Below are positions 36,993 through 46,769 of a DNA stretch of 64,000 nucleotides, one piece after another. The notes beneath the pieces are model-generated. The model was not told where the DNA came from. It saw nothing but the letters and a program-made list of their open reading frames with translations, and made no database searches. Source of the stretch: a virus (Duplodnaviria > Caudoviricetes); the IMG/VR virus record IMGVR_UViG_3300033463_000056, positions 1 through 64,000 of that record. One strand, written 5' to 3'. Positions within the stretch are counted from its first letter, which is position 1. The number at the start of each line of letters is the position of its first letter. Both the position numbers and the translations under genes were made by a program.

Positions 36993-39449
36993 TTATTTCT
37001 TTGTCGTAGATGACGTGCCTTTCATTCGGGCAATCTGTTTTTGAGCTTCGATTTTCTTGTACTCGATATCTTTCTTGTCTTTCCTTTCGTTTTCCTTTTC
37101 GTGTAACTCTCGATCAAACTGTCTGATTTGCTCAGCAAGTTTCTCTCTTTCGATATCAAGTTTTTCATGCACTAACTGCTCGTCGTTTTCCTCCGCATAG
37201 ATACCGAGGCGGAGGTACTCGGCCTGGGAATTAATCTTCGCAACTTCAATCTTGGTTTCGTTGTCGCGCTGGTTGAGAACATCCTTCTGCTGCATCTCCA
37301 TCTGCTTCGCCTGCATATCAGCCTGGATTTTCTGCTGCTCAATCTGCTGTTGCTGCTGGGCGGCTTCCTGCTGCTGGGCCTGAATCTTCTTTTCAGAATC
37401 TTCAATAGCACGAATCTTTTCCTGCATCGAAAGCGAAGAATACATCTTCAAAAGCGTAGAGAACGGCATACCGTTCTGAGCCATAGCCTGACCGATGGTG
37501 TCAATCTGGGAATTCAGCTTCTGCGTATCCTGCGAGTTATCAACGACAAGACCATAATCGCATTCGCAGAATTCATCGCCATCAATCTCCATAATCTTTC
37601 GGGAATAATCCGAAAGGATATATTGGAACTTCTTGCTTCTTCCACGGAGTGCCGCCTTCGCATACTCAATAAAGCATTCGATAACTCGCTTCTTGGTATC
37701 GTCGTGCTTCTGGAACAGCCAGTCTGTGATATACGAAGACTGCAGGACAGCCCTTTCAATGCCGCCTACAGTCTCACGATTGTATGTGTTTCCTTCCCGC
37801 TGGCGATTGATACCGACAAGATCCGACATCGCATCCTTCGTCCACTGAAGCAGATTCATGTAGTTCTGGATGGACTGTCCCCAGTCAGCATCGACATAGC
37901 CTTTGCTCGCATTATTCAGACCACCAGCCAGCTTTCCGGTAGCCGCACCCTTGTTTCCTTCATTGAACGAATCCTTGATGAGAACCTTGTTGGCGCGGGC
38001 AAAATACATCCATTTCTCAACCTCCCAGTTCTTCGGCTTCATCGCAAGATCCATCTCGAGAAGCTTTCCCCAGTTGGTAGCGATAAGGTCAACAAGTTTC
38101 GCGTGGACGGCATCGTACATATAGTTGTACGGCTTCATCATATCCACGAGGGAATAAGGACGCGATTCGTTGAGGTTATAGATGGTTCCGATAATACCGA
38201 AATGACATCTCGATGGATTGGAGATGCTGTTATGCTGGACAAGACAAGGACGCATCTGAACGTAGATGTGGTCGCCAATCTTCGTACCTTCCCAAGCTTC
38301 GTTCACCCAAAGCGGAGTAGCTTCCTCGCCAGCCGCCTTATCGGGGATATAGGTCTCCGGGTAGAAGTCGAACACTTCCTCGCCGGTAACAGGGTCATAG
38401 GATTTGACCTTGAATATCTTTCTCTGGGACTTCCACCAGACGTGGATAACGCGGACATTGCCAGCCACATCATAAGGAAGAAGGTTCGTTCCGAACCCGC
38501 CGTTCAGTTCAGGGAACGCATCATATACATAATGGAGATTATCGCCGTTGATGTTGATTCCGTTCTCACCGACGAATGCGCCCTGCATGAAGGGATAGGC
38601 GTCGTTCACGCTGCCTTCAGGAAGTGTGGGTTCGGAGCCGCCGAATTCGGGAATCTCATCGGAGAGCCACTTGACATCTTTCGCGGAAAGATCATCATAA
38701 TAGGTATCCAGAATCCTTCCACGGCTCCAGTAGTCCTCGTAGATGATGACATCGGCATCTTCGATACGGTTCGAATAACCTGTTCCGAAAGCGCGAAGCT
38801 TGATAGGATTCGCCCTGTCAACAAACGGTTCGCCACCAACGATTCCGAGCATATAGATTTCCTGACCGACACAGGCGTCAACGAAACCGTCGTTGAACTT
38901 CTGTTTCCAGTTCTGCTCCTTGGAGTAATGATGGATAAGCTCATTTGCCCGTATCTCGCGCAGGTCCTGCCAGTTGTAGTTGTAATACTCCTGGGTTTCC
39001 TGCATCTGTTTCTGGGCCTGCTGGTCATCTATTCCAGCATCTTCGACGATGTTCTGGACAGTCTGGAAAAACTCCTGTTTCTTCTGTTCCTCAATCTGCG
39101 AAACGGAATAAGGATTGGTGACAATCACCTTCCAGTCAAACACGCGGGCTGCTTCCTCGCCACGAAGCGTGTTTATCTTGGAGTTCATTATCGGATAATG
39201 CTGGATCTTGTCCGGAATGAAAGCGGAAGCAATGTTGCCCGGATTCAAGACAGCCGCGATATCCTCCATGTGGATGATGCCGTTCAGAAGGTCATAGTTG
39301 ATCTTCAGGTTGACGGTACTCGTCCTTACCGGAGAATAGTTAAAATATGAACGCACGCATCCCCAGTCCACACACTTCTTACGCCAGGCATCTCCCTTCG
39401 ATTTGAAGGGCAGCCTCTGGGCGGGGAACGTTGTCGTACTTAAATCCAT
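36993..39449 (-). CDS. Portal protein, 818 aa
   Basis: KIQHYPI, WVNEAWEGTKIG, SLVDMMKPYNYMYD, GINRQREG...ETVGGIERA motifs, Gln-rich coiled C-terminus; follows TerL. Confidence 0.92.
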   Translation of the reverse strand: MDLSTTTFPAQRLPFKSKGDAWRKKCVDWGCVRSYFNYSPVRTSTVNLKINYDLLNGIIHMEDIAAVLNPGNIASAFIPDKIQHYPIMNSKINTLRGEEAARVFDWKVIVTNPYSVSQIEEQKKQEFFQTVQNIVEDAGIDDQQAQKQMQETQEYYNYNWQDLREIRANELIHHYSKEQNWKQKFNDGFVDACVGQEIYMLGIVGGEPFVDRANPIKLRAFGTGYSNRIEDADVIIYEDYWSRGRILDTYYDDLSAKDVKWLSDEIPEFGGSEPTLPEGSVNDAYPFMQGAFVGENGININGDNLHYVYDAFPELNGGFGTNLLPYDVAGNVRVIHVWWKSQRKIFKVKSYDPVTGEEVFDFYPETYIPDKAAGEEATPLWVNEAWEGTKIGDHIYVQMRPCLVQHNSISNPSRCHFGIIGTIYNLNESRPYSLVDMMKPYNYMYDAVHAKLVDLIATNWGKLLEMDLAMKPKNWEVEKWMYFARANKVLIKDSFNEGNKGAATGKLAGGLNNASKGYVDADWGQSIQNYMNLLQWTKDAMSDLVGINRQREGNTYNRETVGGIERAVLQSSYITDWLFQKHDDTKKRVIECFIEYAKAALRGRSKKFQYILSDYSRKIMEIDGDEFCECDYGLVVDNSQDTQKLNSQIDTIGQAMAQNGMPFSTLLKMYSSLSMQEKIRAIEDSEKKIQAQQQEAAQQQQQIEQQKIQADMQAKQMEMQQKDVLNQRDNETKIEVAKINSQAEYLRLGIYAEENDEQLVHEKLDIEREKLAEQIRQFDRELHEKENERKDKKDIEYKKIEAQKQIARMKGTSSTTKK

Positions 39450-39470
39450 AAATCTGCACAGTTTACATGG

Positions 39471-39521
39471 CGAATTTATCTTTTAATCCACCACGAACTA
39501 CGCAGATAAGCGAAACGCTTA
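39471..39521 (-). promoter_or_regulatory. Putative late promoter for the portal-lysis operon
   Basis: Sense TAAG-CGTTTCG-CTTA, N5, GTAGTTCG, N15, TAAATTCG. Confidence 0.65.
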
Positions 39522-41795
39522 CTGGTCGAAAGTTGATTTATATTGAGGTCCTAACTTTTCGAGATGCCGCTTCCAATCCTTGTCGAAGAAATCGTCATCG
39601 GAATCATCCGGTTCGGTCTTCTGCACCTCATCGCCATCGCCGTATAGGATTTGATACTGATGACGATAAAGCATGACTTGCATAAGGGCGCTGACCCTAT
39701 CCGTATTTGCGCCACCGCCATACGAAATCATTTCCTGAATCATGGCTCTGCTCCATAACCTATAAGCGCCAGGAACCAAAACAGTCTGTACTTCCCCATT
39801 TTCGTCAACCTGTTGTTCGACAGTTTCTTTCAAGAGCCAGTCGCGAATCAAATCCTGAGCGAAAGCGATAATGGCGGGTAGTGCCTGAACGCCCTTACTT
39901 GAAGAACCCGTAGTAGAATACTTCACCATCTCCCGCTCCTTAAGGTACTCTGGGCAGTCGGCGAGCATGTGTAATGAGTGTTTCTTCGCAAAATACGCAT
40001 AAACATTTTTCTTGTTCGCCTCAGGCATACACTTAGCGTTATAGAAACGGCACATCAACCAAGCCATACGGCAGTTATCCTCATTAAGCGGAAGCCGACC
40101 TGTATATTCGGCGACCGGAATATCCTGAAATAAGTCAAACATTACACAGGAAAATAACGATTCCGAATCTGCCTCTTCATCATTTTCAACTGGGTCAATA
40201 CCTAAAACGTATCTGTTCGGAGTGTTTTCGGTCCCGGGTGCAGGCATCTGGAAAATCTCCAATGCACCATGAACTCCAATGGTATTCTTATGGTTCTTGT
40301 TTATCGGCCATTCACGAATTGGAATATCATTCGTCGTTATGAACTTCACACTACCGCCAGATTCGATAAGATTACCGATATACATCTTATCATAAAAATG
40401 AGGAGACTGGTCTATCTGGCGCAGGCGTTCATTCAGCAAATCCGTCGGGAACAATCCACGGCGAACACGAAGAATTGCTTCTTCAGGGGTTATAGGACGC
40501 TGAGCTATGACACTAAGCAGTGTTTCTGGCTTCGACTTGCGAACACTGTTTCTATTATTCAAGATAGCAAGAATAGACTTAATCACATCAGAATTGCCAT
40601 CCTTATCCATGCATCCAGTGCGAGAAATATAAGAAGGAAAGAAATATCCGAACTTATCTCTACCCTTTCCGCTCATATCATACACGTTCTCTATTGCATA
40701 GATTTCATATGCGTCCGGATCATACAGTATCTCCCTTGCTCCAGAGAAATCCGAATCCTTATCGCCGGCGGTTCCAACGAGATATATCAGGGCGAACACT
40801 TCTTCACCATCCTTTACCGAGTCACGAGTATTATTATATGTGGCGAGTAGATTTTTGAACGAGCCCATTTCCTCAAATAGGATAAATCCTCGTTTACCAC
40901 GAACCTTCGCTTCGTCATCCTTGACGGCTACGCCCATAACAGAGTTTTTTGAACCATCGTTTACCCCATTTGAATTTATCCTTCCGGCAATCCATAGCAT
41001 ATCGGACGGTCTATTGGTGCTGAGAAGACGAGGAAACTCCGTATTCGAAGCAACAAAATCCTTCATCTTGACAAATTTATCAAGAGTACCATCTTTTTGG
41101 GAAAGATATTCTTTCGTATAACCGGCAAGAATCGTAGTAACTTCAGTCTTTGAAAACTCATTTTCACCAAGAACGAGATTGTGTGACATTATCCCACCAA
41201 GAGTGTAAGATTTACCAGCTCCTCGACGAGCAAGTTCGATACAATGCTTATGTGCTTTGCGAGCTTGGTCTATATAATGAAAACGATAGTAAACACCCTC
41301 CCAAAATAATGGGAATCCTGGTATCTGCGCAGATATTCCAGTCTTTGGGTCTTTCTTCGTAATCTTAATACGACAATAATTCAGATACCAGTACATAAGT
41401 CCGGGTATCCATTCGCCGTCAGATTCCCTTACATAACCTTCCCTGCATCGTTTCGCTTCCTCCATAATCCATTTGCCATACTCGCTTCGCGGATTCGGAT
41501 TCGGTTTAAGAAAAGTATAGCAACCATTCTCCTCATAGAATTTTGCAGCTGGACGGAAGAAATCCGTATTCTCGAGGATGTGTGGATGGGCAATATCGAC
41601 TATAATCTTACCATCTCCGTCTCTCGGCAGGTCTTTCGCTTTGGGCCTATCTGGAGAAATCATCCATTGCAGGAGTGGGACATTATTCATAAAATCCAAA
41701 AATTGCTCCCTGACCCAAGGGTCGAGAGAAGCAATTAAGGATTCCGTAACCGGAGTTTGGAATTGATTAGTTGGTATAAAAACAGTGTCAGTCAT
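39519..41795 (-). CDS. terL: Terminase large subunit
   Basis: Walker A ARRGAGKS, Walker B ILFEEMG, GTAG coupling motif, nuclease LGIDP...AEYTGR...DRVSA. Confidence 0.93.
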   Translation of the reverse strand: MTDTVFIPTNQFQTPVTESLIASLDPWVREQFLDFMNNVPLLQWMISPDRPKAKDLPRDGDGKIIVDIAHPHILENTDFFRPAAKFYEENGCYTFLKPNPNPRSEYGKWIMEEAKRCREGYVRESDGEWIPGLMYWYLNYCRIKITKKDPKTGISAQIPGFPLFWEGVYYRFHYIDQARKAHKHCIELARRGAGKSYTLGGIMSHNLVLGENEFSKTEVTTILAGYTKEYLSQKDGTLDKFVKMKDFVASNTEFPRLLSTNRPSDMLWIAGRINSNGVNDGSKNSVMGVAVKDDEAKVRGKRGFILFEEMGSFKNLLATYNNTRDSVKDGEEVFALIYLVGTAGDKDSDFSGAREILYDPDAYEIYAIENVYDMSGKGRDKFGYFFPSYISRTGCMDKDGNSDVIKSILAILNNRNSVRKSKPETLLSVIAQRPITPEEAILRVRRGLFPTDLLNERLRQIDQSPHFYDKMYIGNLIESGGSVKFITTNDIPIREWPINKNHKNTIGVHGALEIFQMPAPGTENTPNRYVLGIDPVENDEEADSESLFSCVMFDLFQDIPVAEYTGRLPLNEDNCRMAWLMCRFYNAKCMPEANKKNVYAYFAKKHSLHMLADCPEYLKEREMVKYSTTGSSSKGVQALPAIIAFAQDLIRDWLLKETVEQQVDENGEVQTVLVPGAYRLWSRAMIQEMISYGGGANTDRVSALMQVMLYRHQYQILYGDGDEVQKTEPDDSDDDFFDKDWKRHLEKLGPQYKSTFDQ

Positions 41796-42340
41796 TATAT
41801 GTTTTCATATACCGCCTGTTCAGCATTACCACGAGCCGCATTCTCTGATTCGAAGTCTCTGGCAAGTTCCTTTTCGGCAACAGCAAGCATCTTGGACAAT
41901 TCAAGACCCTGCTTGATTGCACTTGTCACTGAAGAAATTTGATATAGCGGTCTTCCCTTTTCGTCAAGTGTCCTCGGATCAGCCTCACGGAAGAATGCAC
42001 GAACGTTATTAATTCCATATCGAATATCTTCAATCAGAAGAGCAGATGTCGTAACCGCGAGTTTTCTGTACTGGTCCATTGCAGCAACAAGCAATTCGCT
42101 CGGCTTCCAATCATCATCAAACCCCTCCTGGGCCTTTACTTCTGAAGCCCGTTCGGATTCATCGGTCAGATACATATACGAACTTCGCGGATCGCACATG
42201 AACCAGAGATAGGAAATCTGCTTCCAAAATTCCTCCTTCTTCTTGGATTTATCTTTCTCGAACAATTCACGGATAGGTCTGACAAGCAAAGCTTCGTCAG
42301 CAATCTTGAATTCAAGTCCATCAAATTCAATTAGCTTCAT
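41795..42340 (-). CDS. Conserved crAss protein upstream of TerL (small terminase candidate)
   Basis: Probable start MKLIEFDG; YLWFMCDPRSSY motif; coupled to terL. Confidence 0.65.
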   Translation of the reverse strand: MKLIEFDGLEFKIADEALLVRPIRELFEKDKSKKKEEFWKQISYLWFMCDPRSSYMYLTDESERASEVKAQEGFDDDWKPSELLVAAMDQYRKLAVTTSALLIEDIRYGINNVRAFFREADPRTLDEKGRPLYQISSVTSAIKQGLELSKMLAVAEKELARDFESENAARGNAEQAVYENI

Positions 42341-42554
42341 AAGAGGAGGAGTTATCAGAAATTCCCGTAGCAGTAATCTGATCATTCCACCACGGGGTGC
42401 ATGGTGTCGCGGGCGGATAGACAGGAGTAAACGGATTCGGACCCGGACTGGGTGCGACAATCGGCTCAACGGAATCCATTTCCGCAAGGAGCTCGGCGAG
42501 ACGCTCCTTCGGCAGGCACATATAATCTTCTTTGGTAAGTTTCATTTCTGACAT
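42327..42554 (-). CDS. Hypothetical protein, 75 aa
   Basis: Fills the operon gap; LTKEDYMCLPKERLAELL N-terminus, Pro-rich. Confidence 0.55.
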   Translation of the reverse strand: MSEMKLTKEDYMCLPKERLAELLAEMDSVEPIVAPSPGPNPFTPVYPPATPCTPWWNDQITATGISDNSSSYEAN

Positions 42555-42565
42555 CTCCTACTTTA

Positions 42566-42838
42566 TTACCAAGCGGGTGCCGCTGCAGGACAGGAAGGAT
42601 ACTCAAGATGAAGAGATCCTTTTTCTAACAATCCGTGGTATACACACCTGTCAGTAAGGGCCTGAAGATAATCCCTCATGGAGTTGAACTGACGATGAAG
42701 CATCTGCCACTCTAATTCGCTGAACTTTTTATTCGGATCAGAGAAACAATTGGCTAACTTAAGAGTTCTTTCAAGGAGTTCCGTTCTTTCTTCCAGAAGA
42801 CGCTTCTCCCATTCTTCGGCTGGTCTACTTTCTGTCAT
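42566..42838 (-). CDS. Small helical protein (crAss001_48-like family)
   Basis: RLLEERTEL.ER..KL..F...LHRQ..SM..YLQAL..R pattern. Confidence 0.6.
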   Translation of the reverse strand: MTESRPAEEWEKRLLEERTELLERTLKLANCFSDPNKKFSELEWQMLHRQFNSMRDYLQALTDRCVYHGLLEKGSLHLEYPSCPAAAPAW

Positions 42839-42985
42839 GATTAATCGTTATGTTTATTTTCATTGAAGTAAAATAAAAGCACGGCGGGATATATAAAGGG
42901 GCATATGAATACTAAAGCACTTCGCGTGAGAATCAAATAAGCTCTCCCTGCGTACCTCGCGGCAGACTTTTCCGTGCTTGGTTTG

Positions 42986-43390
42986 TTACTGCAATAATCC
43001 TCCTTCGTCTACCTCGTATTCCTCAACGACATATTCGATATCGCGATCCTGAAGGAACAGATATTCTACATCTTCAATGACGATGATAGGAACCTCGACA
43101 TCCCAGTTCTGATTCATAAACTGCTTGTTCTCGGCTTCGTCGATTGCGCCTGGGACATGTTTCACGACCTGATAACGGCTGAAATTGATCTTGACGATAT
43201 CGCCTTCCTTTACGTCTCTGACAGTACCGCCGACGGAAACGACAGTTTGATAAGGATTCAGGCTACCGTCCATTTTGCGCGTGTCAAGGATAAGACCACC
43301 CTTCTTTGCAGACTGGGTGCCAACATATTTCTTCGCCGTAGTGATGACTCCGGTAAAAAGCGGACGAACTTTCTTGATTACAAATGCCAT
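42986..43390 (-). CDS. GroES-like co-chaperonin
   Basis: KKVRPLFTGVI, GGLIL, TVVSVGGTVRDVKEGDIV, YLFLQDRDI; probable start MAFVIKK. Confidence 0.75.
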   Translation of the reverse strand: MAFVIKKVRPLFTGVITTAKKYVGTQSAKKGGLILDTRKMDGSLNPYQTVVSVGGTVRDVKEGDIVKINFSRYQVVKHVPGAIDEAENKQFMNQNWDVEVPIIVIEDVEYLFLQDRDIEYVVEEYEVDEGGLLQ

Positions 43391-43392
43391 AG

Positions 43393-43857
43393 TTATTTTT
43401 CTTTCGGAATGACCTGTCGGGCTGATTTCTTTCCATCTTGCCCGACAAGCCAAACGCGTTCATACATTTCTTTTCCTTTACGTTTTTTAAGCGGAGGAGG
43501 AGTTTGACCGGAGAGGATCGCGGCAGCCGTGCTTTCGATTTCACTCTGAGTCACCCGTCTCCGGTACGAACTCCTGGGAACCATATCTATCGTTTCCGAT
43601 TCGTTGGCTCTCCACTTCAGATACTTGCTGTACACAGGCCCGAGTCTACCGATGAAAGGTATCTGCCTGACCTTGACAAACCGTTGGAACCCCTCGCTGG
43701 AATAAATCTTTCTCGGCGTGTCAAACGGGAGCGACTTTGCGTCTTGACACAAAACACTGAAAAAAGAGTCAACAACCTTCTTTACTTCCGTTTCGGTCAG
43801 GCAATACCTATCAGCCAATGTACGGCATCTCGCACTATCCTTGCTGTTCCTGCCCAT
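43393..43857 (-). CDS. Basic HU/IHF-like DNA-binding protein
   Basis: LADRYCLTETEVKKVVDSFF...IPFIGRL pattern. Confidence 0.5.
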   Translation of the reverse strand: MGRNSKDSARCRTLADRYCLTETEVKKVVDSFFSVLCQDAKSLPFDTPRKIYSSEGFQRFVKVRQIPFIGRLGPVYSKYLKWRANESETIDMVPRSSYRRRVTQSEIESTAAAILSGQTPPPLKKRKGKEMYERVWLVGQDGKKSARQVIPKEK

Positions 43858-44245
43858 TGATGGGATTCGCAGAAGATGACCAGTCAAAGATGATGCTCAG
43901 CATAAACCTCGGATCTGTCGTAGTGTGCGGGATGTACTTCGGATTGATGTCTCCGTTCACGATGACTTCCGCTTCACGAAGTTTCGCGAGAATCATCTGG
44001 AAATGAGCCTGCGACATCTTCAGCGACTCGCGCATATCCTTCCGTGACGTATGTGACCAGAGTACTTCCTTCAGCATTTCAGGGTCAGGAATACTGTCCT
44101 TCAATTTGAAATACTGGGCGATAATCCTTGCCGCGACATCACGCTCACGCGAAGTGAGCTTATGGAACGGCGTAAGGAACTCGAACCACATACGATAGAA
44201 CGAGACATTCGTACACTTCAGGAAGATGACGTTATTCGGTTTCAT
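43835..44245 (-). CDS. Helix-turn-helix DNA-binding protein
   Basis: FLTPFHKLTSRE...RKDMRESLKMSQAHFQMILAKLR pattern. Confidence 0.6.
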   Translation of the reverse strand: MKPNNVIFLKCTNVSFYRMWFEFLTPFHKLTSRERDVAARIIAQYFKLKDSIPDPEMLKEVLWSHTSRKDMRESLKMSQAHFQMILAKLREAEVIVNGDINPKYIPHTTTDPRFMLSIIFDWSSSANPINGQEQQG

Positions 44246-44531
44246 CCGTCTTCTCCTCGGATTCAACCGGTTTCATCATCTCGGCGAAGGAATACAGCGC
44301 ATCCTGAATATGCTTCGCGGTCCATTCCACGAACTCATTTTCATACATCTCAGGATGTTCCATCACCTTGAACAGCATCGAAAGGAAGAACGACGTGTAG
44401 TCGAAATCCTTGTTGTTCAAAGCCTGCATCGCCTTCTGGTAGGCGTCCACCAGCTTCTGATACTGAAGATGAAGCTCACCGAAGTTCTTGGCGAGTTCTT
44501 CATAGGTAAGTTTTTTCTGTTTTTCTTCCAT
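44232..44531 (-). CDS. Hypothetical coiled-coil protein
   Basis: Probable start MEEKQKKLTYEEL; overlaps the next gene start. Confidence 0.65.
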   Translation of the reverse strand: MEEKQKKLTYEELAKNFGELHLQYQKLVDAYQKAMQALNNKDFDYTSFFLSMLFKVMEHPEMYENEFVEWTAKHIQDALYSFAEMMKPVESEEKTDETE

Positions 44532-44551
44532 AGTCTTTCTCTGTTGAATGA

Positions 44552-44971
44552 TTATCTGTATCTTGCTTTCAATCTCTTGCTTGTTCTGCCGGATTTGTCC
44601 TTTCCTACGGTTCGCAAGGCTCCACTTCCTCTGGACAAGGCCCAGTCGAGCCATCGCTCGAATTCGTCATCAGTTCCAGTATGTATCTCCCCCGTCCCAA
44701 ATATTCGGCAATACGAAATACCAACAAGCCCGAGGAGCCTGACGGCGATTCGTCCGAAGGTATGAACAGGAGCTGTCCTTTCCTCAGCAAACACGAATCC
44801 GTATCCGTGCAACCGTTCTTCTCGCTGTCCGAGACGGTTGAGTCTGAGAAAGGCTTTACGCCCGACGGAAGCGTGGTAGTCTTCCCTGAAAAGCCTGTAT
44901 GCCTGGTCTGCGTCATCGCAAAGCCGTTCTCCATAGTAGATTCTTCCATCTTTCCTTACAACTTCTGCCAT
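44552..44971 (-). CDS. Hypothetical basic protein
   Basis: Probable start MAEVVRKDG; fits operon packing. Confidence 0.55.
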   Translation of the reverse strand: MAEVVRKDGRIYYGERLCDDADQAYRLFREDYHASVGRKAFLRLNRLGQREERLHGYGFVFAEERTAPVHTFGRIAVRLLGLVGISYCRIFGTGEIHTGTDDEFERWLDWALSRGSGALRTVGKDKSGRTSKRLKARYR

Positions 44972-45171
44972 TCTATCTCCTTCCTTCGCTTCTCCCTTCG
45001 CTGTTCTTCGGCAACCCACTCGTCCATCGTACACTGTCCGACATCCGTCGAGTGGCATTTACCGCAGTAGGAGCCATCCCACATATCACTCGCAAGCGTC
45101 TCGTCGACAACTATGCAGAGGGAGTGGCAGCTCCTACAGTAAAAAACAAGTTCATCATCAATCTCAACCAT
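44956..45171 (-). CDS. Small zinc-ribbon protein
   Basis: YCRSCHSL...YCGKCHSTD (two CxxC pairs). Confidence 0.7.
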   Translation of the reverse strand: MVEIDDELVFYCRSCHSLCIVVDETLASDMWDGSYCGKCHSTDVGQCTMDEWVAEEQRREKRRKEIEWQKL

Positions 45172-45173
45172 TT

Positions 45174-45317
45174 CTACTCTTCGGCGAAATATACCAACGT
45201 GTACGTTCCGTCATTCGACTGGAAGATATTGACTATGTGCTCTTGCGGTATCGCATGCGCGTTTACGAAATCATTGATTTCGCGCATACCGTTTTTAACG
45301 ATTGTGAACATTTTCAT
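45174..45317 (-). CDS. 47-aa hypothetical protein (not in ORF track)
   Basis: MKMFTIVKNGMREINDFVNAHAIPQEHIVNIFQSNDGTYTLVYFAEE*; first gene after a -7 box. Confidence 0.65.
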   Translation of the reverse strand: MKMFTIVKNGMREINDFVNAHAIPQEHIVNIFQSNDGTYTLVYFAEE

Positions 45318-45338
45318 GGCTAATTCCTCTTGTTACCG

Positions 45339-45346
45339 CAAAGATA
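45339..45346 (-). promoter_or_regulatory. Bacteroidetes-type -7 box
   Basis: Sense TATCTTTG 21 nt before the ATG; lacks the upstream tripartite elements. Confidence 0.5.
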
Positions 45347-45402
45347 GCCAAATGCTTTCTAAAATAAAAACATTTTTGTTTCATTTATTCTAACAGAATT
45401 AG

Positions 45403-45813
45403 TTACAAGGTATGCGGATAACTCTGCCTGCAACCAAATTCACAGACAACATCTATCAGAGCCCTGACCGAATCACCGGATATATATGCCGGTATCTCTG
45501 AATCAAGACGAACGCCCAAGGATTTCGCTATCGCATCAGCAAGATGTCTTATTTCGTGGGTAAGACTATCCTGGAATTCTGCACCTGAAGTTGTTGGACC
45601 GATAAGAACGACAGCCCTTCGTTTGTTCTGGTTAGTATAAGTAAAACCGCAATTATAGTCGCATGACAGCATCAGATCCTCCGCTTGTTCCATGATATAA
45701 TCCGGTGCATAAGCGTCGTAAAGGCAAGCCAATACTCCATCAATATCATATCGCTTTGTCGCAAAAAGGAAATCGACTGTCCAACGCCCGATGGCAATGA
45801 CACGGTGAATCAT
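45403..45813 (-). CDS. Hypothetical protein with HExxH (zincin-like) motif
   Basis: LTHEIRHLAD...SEIPAY. Confidence 0.65.
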   Translation of the reverse strand: MIHRVIAIGRWTVDFLFATKRYDIDGVLACLYDAYAPDYIMEQAEDLMLSCDYNCGFTYTNQNKRRAVVLIGPTTSGAEFQDSLTHEIRHLADAIAKSLGVRLDSEIPAYISGDSVRALIDVVCEFGCRQSYPHTL

Positions 45814-45829
45814 ATTCGTATATTTTTAT

Positions 45830-45837
45830 TATATTTG
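45830..45837 (+). promoter_or_regulatory. -7 box for the HNH gene
   Basis: TATATTTG 32 nt upstream of the ATG at 45870. Confidence 0.5.
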
Positions 45838-45869
45838 TATTATAAAAACCATTTAATAGAAACGCTATT

Positions 45870-46769
45870 ATGAATGACAATTCCTATAAAATCTTTCGTG
45901 TTAACGAACACGAATACAAGGTGTTCTCAAATGGAGACATCGTATCATTGCCATATAACACAAAAGGTTGCGTAATCGGACTAACGAAAGAGAGAATGAT
46001 TAAACCATTTATTGATAAAAATGGGTATACGAACGTAGAACTTGGTGGCATAACATACAAAATGCACTATCTTATAGCGTCATTATTCATCGATAACCCG
46101 AATAACGCTCCGCGAGTTATACATATTGACGGCGACAAATCAAACAACGCTGCCTCAAATCTTAAATGGTCAGATAGTATCTCTAAAAATCAATCATCAC
46201 TACCGATACCTAATTATTCTTTCTCATTAGCGGATTTACAAGATGAAGAGTGGAAAGCCATTTCAAATACCAATAATCATTACTTCATAAGCTCATATGG
46301 AAGGGTAAAATCATGTCATAAAAGAACAATAATTCTTTCCCCAAAAATCAATTCATATGGCTACGCCAAAATTGCAATCGTTAAAAATGGCAAGCGAGTT
46401 GACATCGCAATACATAGGCTCGTCGCATCAGAATTTATTGGCGACTGTAACGGATACGAAATTGATCATGTTGATGGAAATAGATTAAATAACAATATGA
46501 ACAATTTGCGCATCGTTACACATACGCAAAACATGAACAACCCGCTTACCACAATTCAACTAAAAAAGCGGAAAGGACCAATGACGGGACGACTCGGCAA
46601 GACAAACCATTTATCCAAACCAATATATGCAGTTAGCGATTCCGGAGAAATTCTCGAGTTTGAAGGAAGCTGGGACGCCAACAGAAAAGGATACAATTAC
46701 AGCTCTGTTCAAGCGTGCCTTCACGGAAGGCAAAAAACATATAAAGGATTAAAATGGTTTTTTAGATAA
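45870..46769 (+). CDS. Free-standing HNH homing endonuclease (tandem NUMOD4-HNH units plus NUMOD1-like C-terminus)
   Basis: VIHIDGDKSNNAASNL and IDHVDGNRLNNNMNNL; EEWKAI...YFISSYGRVKS; C-terminal ACLHGRQKTYKGLKW; AT-rich, opposite strand. Confidence 0.9.
   Translation: MNDNSYKIFRVNEHEYKVFSNGDIVSLPYNTKGCVIGLTKERMIKPFIDKNGYTNVELGGITYKMHYLIASLFIDNPNNAPRVIHIDGDKSNNAASNLKWSDSISKNQSSLPIPNYSFSLADLQDEEWKAISNTNNHYFISSYGRVKSCHKRTIILSPKINSYGYAKIAIVKNGKRVDIAIHRLVASEFIGDCNGYEIDHVDGNRLNNNMNNLRIVTHTQNMNNPLTTIQLKKRKGPMTGRLGKTNHLSKPIYAVSDSGEILEFEGSWDANRKGYNYSSVQACLHGRQKTYKGLKWFFR

Noticed and set aside
14310-39350. Long plus-strand ORFs (14310-16079, 28328-29767, 37350-39350 and others)
   Set aside because: They mirror highly biased cargo, MCP and portal genes, have atypical composition, and lack promoters
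28250-41795. Introns or inteins in MCP, portal or TerL
   Set aside because: The ORFs are continuous, of ordinary size, and show no splicing or embedded endonuclease motifs
42840-42985. tRNA gene
   Set aside because: No T-loop GTTCRA or cloverleaf; no tRNA was recognised anywhere in the window
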